From: Corallochytrium limacisporum Hawaii | Lineage: Eukaryota > Protista > Pluriformea | Direction of reading: 5' to 3' | Assembly (NCBI GenBank): GCA_002811645.1 | Contig: PDIP01000032.1 | Location: forward strand, 62,001-126,000 | Length of the DNA stretch: 64,000 nucleotides | Shown here: piece after piece, positions 54,823 through 64,000 of the stretch | How the letters are laid out: each line of letters begins with the position of its first letter | How positions within the stretch are numbered: position 1 is the stretch's first letter | Position numbers and translations under genes: made by a program | Notes under the pieces: generated by a model | Database searches by the model: none | What the model saw: the letters and a program-made list of their open reading frames with translations, nothing else | What the model was told of the DNA's origin: nothing

Positions 54823-55218
54823 ATGGCATCTTCATATCAGTCTATCGGTGGAATGGATAACACTACAGAGCAGGATCGCATATCAAAGTATGAGACACGT
54901 CTGCCTTTTAAGCTCGAGGTCCTGGCTGCGGGTGCCTATGCCCTCGGACCGATCAGTGGCCTGACTCTGCTCATCCTCGAGCACAAGAACGACTACGTCC
55001 GTTTTCATGCCTGGCAATCCGTTCTTACTCTTGGTATCATGCTACTACTGCACTTGATCTTCATATGGAGCACTGTCATGAGCTGGCTACTGTTCGTCGG
55101 AGATCTGTGTCTCATTGGTTGGCTCGGCTACAATGCTTATATCGAGAGCGATGCGCTCAACAGGTACAAGGTCCCTTACATCGGTGACATTGCCGAGCGC
55201 TGGGTTGAGGAAGAGTAA
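54823..55218 (+). CDS. Small membrane protein, DUF4870/Tic20-like
   Basis: Three hydrophobic segments with YVRFHAWQS and YKVPYIG motifs. Confidence 0.75.
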   Translation: MASSYQSIGGMDNTTEQDRISKYETRLPFKLEVLAAGAYALGPISGLTLLILEHKNDYVRFHAWQSVLTLGIMLLLHLIFIWSTVMSWLLFVGDLCLIGWLGYNAYIESDALNRYKVPYIGDIAERWVEEE

Positions 55219-55590
55219 AGGGCTATGCACAGTTTCCAAACTTATACAGGTCTGATGTAAATGCAGAATTAAAACACACCATTTAATCTATTTATTGTTC
55301 TCTGTCTCTCATGTTCGTTTCCGACTTCAAGGCCTTTATTGATTGATAATGTGCAGTTGTTGGCCTTGCCTTGTGAGGCTTTCTTCAACTAATTCATTTG
55401 TTTATTTCCGCAACTTTTTGCAGTACATTTACGATACCAACTCAGTGACGTAAGCGGGAGAGTAGGGGTGGTAGTGTCCCAAAGATTCAGCCAGGGTCGA
55501 GTTCGATGCCCTCTCCGGGCCTCTTTCTCCCCCTCCCGCACAAGGCGGACTTGCGGAGACATTTTTGCCGGGAGGCTTCATCCGCATCCG

Positions 55591-57672
55591 ATGTTGCATG
55601 GCTATTTCAAAGGCCATGCAACAATGACAGAGCTAAATTCTAATATGCAGAACCTGGGCAATGCCATCAAAGGGGACACACAACCGAACAATGACATGAA
55701 ACCAGTAGGGATTATCGGTGGAGGGCCAGTCGGTCTCACATTTGCGGCCCTTCTGGCCAAGTTTCGCGTGCCGTCCGTGGTGATCGAGGCAAAGAGCACT
55801 CTAAGTGACCATCCTCAGGCACATTTCATTGGCGCACGCTCCATGGAAATATTTCGTAACATTGATAGAGGGTTAGCAGATGACATCATCAATTCAACAC
55901 CGCCAAAGTCGGACTGGGCACACTTCGCGTACACCACAGCTGCGTTGGACGAGCCGTTTGCGGCTTCGAATCACTTTGACACCTTAGCTGCTCGGGATTA
56001 TGCTCGATTCACGCCAACGCCACCGGCCCATTTGGCACAGACTTGGTTGCTGCCAAAGCTACGCCGTCTTCTTGGGGAAAAGGCCCCGTTCAAGGACTTT
56101 GTGACAATCCTTGATGGGCACCGAGCGGATCCTCGATCTCTGGCCCTAGATTCCTCTGTCGATAACGGACCCGTTAGAGTCAAGAGCAGTAATAATGGTG
56201 TTCAAAATGTACAGGGGCATGAATTCAGCTTCCTTCTGGCCGCGGATGGTGCCACATCAACTTTTCGGGAGCATTGGGGAGAGCGCCAGCAGGGCAAGTT
56301 CCGCCTCCAGAGACTACTGAACATTCACTTCCGCAGCAGTCTGCTTGCTGATGCACTGCGACAGTCATTGAACTCTAAGGTCATGGCATCTCCAGCTATG
56401 CTATACTTTGTGTACAATCCACAGATTATCGCAGTGTTGGTGAATCATTCGCTGGACGAAGGGGAGTTTGCCCTACAAGTACCATACTTTCCACCCATGG
56501 AAGATCCAGATAGTGATGACTTTGAATTTCATAAGCAGCAGGTCCTTAAAGCGGTGATGCCTTTGGACCATCAGCGGGGCACATATCAGGACACTGACAG
56601 TATCAAGCGTAGCATCAAGATCCAGAGTGTAAAGAAATGGAGCATGAATGCGTCAATGCTCCCAAATATGGTACATGAATCCAACCGACTGGCTTTCGCA
56701 GGCGATGCAGCCCATCAATACCCGCCAAGCGGGGGCTTTGGCATGAACACTGGTCTCGGGGACGCTCATGCGCTCGCTTGGCGCCTGGCGAGGGAGGTTC
56801 ACAGTGGTGGCAGGAGCGAGAAGAGCTGGGCTGTCTCGCTGCGAGAATGGAACGATGAGCGGATCCACGTAATCAGGTCTAACCTTGCACAGAGCATGAA
56901 AAACTACAATGCGGTGGTGAAAACTTCCACCTTGCTGGGGCTGGATCCGCGCCTGGCTTCCACAGTCGATGGGATGATCAATTGGACCGCAGGGCGCCTG
57001 ATGCCAACTTCACTAGCGCAAAGCCTCCATTCTACCGTACTTAGCATGGGTCGGCACCAAATGGACAGCGCGGTAATGAAGTCCGTGATTGGACACAGCC
57101 GCGTTCGTGCAGTCCAGCAGCAGATCGCCCGTGGGGAATCTCTCCAGCTCTTCTTCGCAGGACAAGATCTAGACTACTCGTACAAACAACAGTACGGTAC
57201 GGAACGGATGGCATTTGAGAGCGCCTTTGTTGTGAAAACAGACTACGGAGACCCATGTTCGCGTAAGTCCAAAACATCTTGTACGTCATATCAGTATAGT
57301 GCACGCAGAGTCTGAGTATACTAACAGCTCTCTTCGTTTCTTTAATTTGATAATGTTTTCTTTACAGTACCCGGGCGGAGAATGCCTCATCTCTGGTTGA
57401 CAAACCAAACCAATGGATCCCGTCTGAGCACGCTCGACCTTATTGGCGAGGATACGGAGGACACGATGTTTGTCCTGCCAGCGCCTGGAGCGATCATTCC
57501 TGATACAACAACACACTCAGGCCCCTGTTACGTGATTCACCCTGACTCTACAGACTACCGACCTGATTCTGAAGTGTACAATGCTATGGTCCGTACCTTG
57601 GATCCTCAGGAAGCACTAATTCTGCGTGTTCGACCAGATGGGACAGTTTTTGACTTTGATATCGCTAGCTAA
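55591..57672 (+). CDS. FAD-dependent monooxygenase (FAD_binding_3, TfdB/PheA-like), 2 exons (about 55591-57262, 57368-57672)
   Basis: IIGGGPVGL, HPQAHFI, AADGATS and GDAAHQYPPSGGFGMNTG. Splicing creates the conserved PGRRMPHLWL, and LRVRPDG lies near the end. The start Met is uncertain. Confidence 0.88.
57263..57367 (+). other. Spliceosomal intron (105 nt) in the monooxygenase gene
   Basis: GTAAGT donor, TACTAAC branch point and TTTACAG acceptor; phase 1 restores the frame. Confidence 0.9.
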
Positions 57673-57692
57673 CAAATGCCTGTTTTCTTACG

Positions 57693-57902
57693 TTATGATT
57701 TACCCGGTTTGTTGATTGGTGACAGTTGTGCTTTGCCATATGTGCGAACATAAGACTTCAGACCTTTGCGCAGAGTGGTGAGCTGTTCTGTAATATCTGG
57801 ATTTAAGTACTTGACACCGCTGTCTGTCTCGGGGCTGGTGAACTGCTTCAGAGACTTGTATGCACCGGTCTCATTGACGGCGTCAATCGACAATACTTCC
57901 AT
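57693..57902 (-). CDS. Small 69-aa protein, weak resemblance to RNA polymerase I subunit A14/Ker1
   Basis: atcATGG start context; its stop is 20 bp from the convergent monooxygenase stop, like other real gene pairs here; amphipathic helices. Confidence 0.5.
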   Translation of the reverse strand: MEVLSIDAVNETGAYKSLKQFTSPETDSGVKYLNPDITEQLTTLRKGLKSYVRTYGKAQLSPINKPGKS

Positions 57903-58619
57903 GATGCTAATTTGACGAGTGTAGAAATTCTTAACGTACGTATATCAACCTAAACACGACAGTCATTACATAACCGCCAGCAAATTTATAGCACAAGGAT
58001 TGATTTCCTGGAAACGCACATCTTTCTAAGTTGAACCCGTCAACTACTTCCCACTGTTGCGGGTGCCCGGCAGGTCGCGTGGCCGGGAAGTCCAACGCGT
58101 GTTTTAGTCACTGCCCCAACCCCCACCGCCATACTCTAGAATTGATCAAAATATTGATGCAAACACTCAATGATATTATCCGGTCCCGACCAGTCCCGAC
58201 CGCTCAGTTGTTTCTCTACCGGGGTTGGGCAACATTTGGGGTAAATGTCAGCTGGTTTCGATAGTGAGAACCCAGTCCGGTGCACTCTCTATGGCGCGAC
58301 AGAGGGAGGTGGTGGGTACACAGACCTTACCCCCTTTTTCGCGGCCGATTGTTTTTGTTCCGAACGTTCTGACACCGGTGGGTGGTGGAAGGATCGGTCA
58401 CACCGAAAGTCGACTGCGGTTGGGAACGTAGCCGGACCATGGAAGGTATATGAGCACTCTACAGAGCCTGTGGCTTGTCAGATTGACTAGATCTACACCT
58501 GTGTACACACGGCGATAAAAAGAGAAACAAGGCACCTGTGCGAGGGAAAACGGGTATGATCGTGAGGAAAGCAAGGCTTTTTGCGACAGCTGGTTTCCGT
58601 GAGTTAGAATGAGTTTCCG

Positions 58620-60326
58620 ATGGCAGCGGTAAACAGGTCGCAAGACGGCGGATCAAACACGTCAGGGGGTAACACGCGCAAAGGACGGCTGGGTTGGATC
58701 TCCAGGGGAGACCGTGAGCTAAGCACAGCTACAGACCTTGCGGGAACAGTTCCTATCTGCTTTAGAAGTTCTGAACTTGCCCAGGAAACTGACGAGTCTG
58801 ACGTGGCAGAGGAGAAATTTTTGAAACGCCTGGCAATCTACGGTCATACTAGTGCCAGTCGTGGAGTGAACCCTGAACACTATAATCCTAAGTCAGAGAT
58901 TTGGCGCCGCCACGGAAACAGTCCGGCGGCAGTGAGACCCATGCGCAAACTTGCCTTCAAGTCAAAGGACTACTTTATCGCATCAGAGGATATTTGGTCG
59001 ACGGAAGATGATGACATTCTCACCACGCAAAGCCATATGAGCAATGAGAGTGTAGTTCACCAGAAAACGACTGGGCCACAATCGTCGTCGCCCCAGAAGA
59101 GCAAGGCACCGGTATCGGCATCATCGACATCAGCAGCAAGTGCGCAACATGCAAAAGCACCCACAGAGCCTGCACAAGAATCAAAGCCACCGGAGCAAGA
59201 GAAAGATCACCTCCAGAAACCGGAGCAATCATTGGAGGCCGAGGACAATGCCAAGAGCGCCGAAGGTGAAGACGATGACCATCACTTTGATCGCTCGCCG
59301 ATTCACCTACGAAAAGCAGTACCAGGTATCAATGACATGAACGATCGAGCCCAATCCAAACTTGATCGCTTTATGAAGATGCTCAACAGTCCACAAGTTG
59401 ACATCGTAGAACTCCGAAAGATTAGCTGGTCCGGTGTCCCCGCACAGATCCGGCATGAGGTCTGGCAGCTTCTTTGCGGGTACCTACCGGCTGGGCGCGA
59501 CCGTCGGCAGCAGACATTAGAGCGCAAGCGCAAGGAATACCACGCTCTTGTTGAGCGCTACTACAACGAAACAACGCAGAAACAGAACCCAAAGATTTTC
59601 CACCAGATTACCATTGATGCGCCACGGACTGCACCCGAAATTGAAAGCATCCAGCACCCAGTTGTCCAAGAGTTGCTGAAGCGGATACTTTTCGTGTGGG
59701 CCATCCGTCATCCTGCCTCGGGATATGTGCAGGGCATCAATGATCTCGTTTGCCCTTTCGCAATCGTCTTCACACAGGCCAAAATTGGATTCGATGACGA
59801 CGCTATGACCTACGACATGAGCAGGTTGAGCGAGGAGGTACTTGCAGACATTGAAGCGGACACGTTTTGGTGCTTCAGCCGCATGTTGGACTCTATCCAG
59901 GACTACTACACCTTTGATCAGCTAAGTATCCAGCGCAAAATCTTTGAGTTGGCCGGCCTCGTCCAACGGACGGATGCTGAACTGGATCAGCACCTCAAAG
60001 ATGCAGGCATTGAGTACCTGCAATTTGCCTTCCGCTGGATCAATTGCCTGCTAATGCGTGAGATGCCCATGAAGTGTATTGTACGGATCTGGGATGCATA
60101 TCACGCCGAAGGAGACAAATTTGGAGAGCTGCATCTGTATGTGTGTCTTGCGTTCCTCAAGAAACTTGCGCCGGAGATCAAGCGGTGCCATGAAATGTTT
60201 GAGGTTATGCAGGTGTTGCAGAAGCCACCGACCGCGTCATGGGGTTACGAGGAAGTTGAGATGATCATGTCGGAAGCGTTTATGATCTCTTCGTTGTTCC
60301 AAGGCACACCAAGCCACATCATGTAA
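58620..60326 (+). CDS. TBC1D22: Rab GTPase-activating protein TBC1D22/Gyp1
   Basis: LRKISWSGVP, WQLLCGYLP, IDAPRT, WAIRHPASGYVQGINDL, EADTFWC and QFAFRWINCLLMRE. Confidence 0.93.
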   Translation: MAAVNRSQDGGSNTSGGNTRKGRLGWISRGDRELSTATDLAGTVPICFRSSELAQETDESDVAEEKFLKRLAIYGHTSASRGVNPEHYNPKSEIWRRHGNSPAAVRPMRKLAFKSKDYFIASEDIWSTEDDDILTTQSHMSNESVVHQKTTGPQSSSPQKSKAPVSASSTSAASAQHAKAPTEPAQESKPPEQEKDHLQKPEQSLEAEDNAKSAEGEDDDHHFDRSPIHLRKAVPGINDMNDRAQSKLDRFMKMLNSPQVDIVELRKISWSGVPAQIRHEVWQLLCGYLPAGRDRRQQTLERKRKEYHALVERYYNETTQKQNPKIFHQITIDAPRTAPEIESIQHPVVQELLKRILFVWAIRHPASGYVQGINDLVCPFAIVFTQAKIGFDDDAMTYDMSRLSEEVLADIEADTFWCFSRMLDSIQDYYTFDQLSIQRKIFELAGLVQRTDAELDQHLKDAGIEYLQFAFRWINCLLMREMPMKCIVRIWDAYHAEGDKFGELHLYVCLAFLKKLAPEIKRCHEMFEVMQVLQKPPTASWGYEEVEMIMSEAFMISSLFQGTPSHIM

Positions 60327-60429
60327 GAACCATGCAGGACAGTGTTGCAAGAATAGATCTTAAATTTGGCAATGCCTGTAATTCTTTAACAATTTCTTCA
60401 CTTAAATTTAACATTGAAAACACACGGCA

Positions 60430-60894
60430 TTACCGTGGTTTTTCCAGTGGCTGCATCACAACAATGCTGTTACCACGAACCATGACCATACCCATGTCTA
60501 TGCGCTCTTCATCCCGGATCTCTACACTGTCTTCGAGAACAATATTCAGGAACGGATCGTATCCGCGCAAGGTACCTTCGATGTTGCGCTTTCCGTTCAT
60601 TTGGATCTGTAGACGTTTGTCCATGAACCTGCCAGGTGAAAGAGACATAATGTGAAATTCAGAAATTGTTAGTTAGCTGATCGGCATAGAAAGAAGACCA
60701 AATATGAAAGCTGGTGAACGGAATTGTGGGATAGTATTGTCAGAAACACGGACTCAATGTTCTATCAACACGTGAGATTCGGATAATACATGCTTATTGT
60801 TTTCACATCACCCTACCCAAGAACCGACTTACCAGGTTTCACAAAAACAATGCTCTACTTACTTCTTAAGTTCTGGTTGCTGCGAGCGTGACAT
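60430..60894 (-). CDS. SNRPG: Small nuclear ribonucleoprotein SmG, 2 exons (60894-60863, 60628-60430)
   Basis: The spliced product MSRSQQPELKKFMDKRLQIQMNGKRNIEGTLRGYDPFLNIVL...MVRGNSIV has Sm1/Sm2 motifs and the SmG PELKKFMDK start. Confidence 0.93.
60629..60862 (-). other. Spliceosomal intron (234 nt) of SmG, snoRNA host
   Basis: GTAAGT donor, CTAAC branch motifs and GGCAG acceptor; phase 2. Confidence 0.9.
60735..60816 (-). ncRNA. Intronic C/D box snoRNA with a U18/snR18-type LSU guide plus an SSU guide
   Basis: Box C GTGATGT (60811-60805), D' CCGA (60782-60779), C' TGTTGA (60770-60765) and D CTGA (60743-60740). The D guide GTCCGTGTTT is antisense to conserved LSU GAAACACGGAC. The D' guide TAAGCATGTATTA is antisense to conserved SSU TAATACATGC. 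Confidence 0.85.
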
Positions 60895-61638
60895 GACGGC
60901 ACTAGTAATTTAGGTGTCAACGAAATTCGATGAAGCTACGAATACATATCTGCACCGGCATATTCACAACACATAGGAGACACACATTTTGACCAACAGA
61001 CTTTGTATGACACATCATACCCATCTCATAAATACTTGATCAACTCAATAACAAACGAAAGAAACCAGGTGCTTGCAGCGACAAACTAGACATGTTAAAG
61101 TTATTGCACGGATGGAAAAAGTGTGTGTGTTTTTTGTGCTGTGGTGTGTCGGCGCGCCGGTTTCCCCCGCCCCCCCTGGGGTGCCCCTCTCAACCTAGCA
61201 CCTGGCCGGTCGTGCGGTCCCCCAAGCCACGAGGGCACTAGATTTTCTCTTTGGGAGTGAATACTGGGAGACTGCGGACCACCGAAGCCCTCCCGCCGTG
61301 GACACGCTAGCCAAGCGACCAGAGCTAGGAGCAGAGTGTGTTGTCGCGTTCGCCCACCGCGGGTATGTTTGTCACCAACCACTCACTTTCCGTGCTCTGA
61401 GATTTCAAGAAAGTTCAATGCTGGTACTTGATAAGGTCAGCAGTTTACACCAACTCTTGAGCAGGTTTGCGATAGGTATATGTAAGGAGATCTTTGCACG
61501 TCCGTGGGTTGTTTGTCGAGTTCTACACCAAAGTGTATCGTGACCATAGAATGTTTAAATGAGACAGTGAGGAGGAAGAAGCCGTCAGGAACAAAATTTC
61601 GACGATTTCGGGATCAGTAGTAGTCACAGAGGACGAAA

Positions 61639-62310
61639 ATGTTCAGGAATCTGGGAAGAGTCGCAGTAGCACAGGCTCTCGGGAGAGCTAGAGTCCCGCG
61701 AGCCACATGCTCGGTGCTCGCAACACCGACCTTGGTGGTGCCGACAGTGTCAATAATTGGTAGTCGTTTCATGTCACAGCAACTTAAGCGCCCACACAAC
61801 AAGATGCACCGGGACTTTGATGACATGACCGATTTCTTCGACCCTTTGGTCCATGACCCCGTAGTAAAGAAACTTGTAGTCATGATCATGCAGAGCGGCG
61901 AGAAGGACAAGGCTGAGGGAATCGTACGTTCGCTGCTGGAAAGAATAAAGGAGGGCGAGATGGCCAAGGCTCGTCGTGGTGAGACTGCCTCTGCATTGCC
62001 TCCATACAGAGTGCTAAGAACTGCAGTCGACAACCTGCGGCCGTTGGTCGTCACTCAGACTAACGTAACTCGTGGTAGTCGCTATACTGTTCCAGTAGCG
62101 GTTGGTGAGATCCGCGGTCGTAACATTGCGCTCAAGAATATGGTCAAAGCCGCACGTAACAGCAACGCACGCGTACCCATGTACGAGAAGCTGTACAATC
62201 AGGTTCAGGATGCACTGCAGCGTCGTGGAGCAGTCTACGAGAAGCGACAGGAAGCCCACAAGTTGGCCGAAGCGAACCGGGCGTACGCACACCTGCGGTT
62301 TGCGTCATAA
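61639..62310 (+). CDS. MRPS7: Mitochondrial ribosomal protein uS7m
   Basis: Arg-rich presequence; DPVVKKLV.MIM.SGEK, AVDNLRP, RGSRYTVP and HKLAEANRAYAH. Confidence 0.9.
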   Translation: MFRNLGRVAVAQALGRARVPRATCSVLATPTLVVPTVSIIGSRFMSQQLKRPHNKMHRDFDDMTDFFDPLVHDPVVKKLVVMIMQSGEKDKAEGIVRSLLERIKEGEMAKARRGETASALPPYRVLRTAVDNLRPLVVTQTNVTRGSRYTVPVAVGEIRGRNIALKNMVKAARNSNARVPMYEKLYNQVQDALQRRGAVYEKRQEAHKLAEANRAYAHLRFAS

Positions 62311-62581
62311 AAGCATTGTAACAGTAATACACACCATAGGTCATCAAAATCATCTAGAAGTGCTAGACTCAATGGCCGTTTTTGTAAGAATAGTATTTGA
62401 TCTATATGCGATGTTACAGACGAAACGATGTTGTGGATGTGAATCAGTGTGTTTCTCGAAATGACGATGGATGGTCTAATGGTCCTGTGAGATCCATCTT
62501 CTCCTCAGTGTCTTTTGCAATGAGCTCTAGTATTAGCAAGCTCTCATGTTTGTTTTCCTAATGTGAAAATGGTTTTGTCAT

Positions 62582-64000
<1,419 letters not shown>

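Overview
This is gene-dense, intron-poor eukaryotic nuclear DNA with about 27 protein genes and only 4 clear introns, all with GTAAGT donors and CTAAY branch points. There is one assembly gap (20790-20994). Animal-type genes (MondoA/ChREBP-like bHLH, WAVE/SCAR, a receptor-tyrosine-kinase-like pseudokinase, an M1AP-like gene) sit beside biosynthetic genes animals lost or fused (ILV1, ABZ1/pabAB, stand-alone glutamate 5-kinase). That mix points to a unicellular holozoan such as Corallochytrium or an ichthyosporean, which is an inference. Housekeeping genes include importin-4, DPH2, SRPRB, Rpp25/Alba, TBC1D22/GYP1, SmG, MRPS7, a partial SERCA and a UAA-family nucleotide-sugar transporter. The most notable observations are: (1) the SmG intron hosts a dual-guide C/D snoRNA (U18/snR18-type LSU guide plus an SSU guide) and a second, stop-generating 5' splice site next to an Sm-site-like U tract and hairpin, a candidate Sm autoregulatory switch; (2) an F-box + plant At4g00755-type domain + clathrin heavy-chain-linker fusion protein; (3) a homologue of the mammalian meiotic crossover factor M1AP; (4) a Kelch-ectodomain receptor pseudokinase; (5) a bacterial-type BtrH/DUF4872 peptidase-like gene. 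All family assignments come from motifs recognised by eye; no database searches were run.
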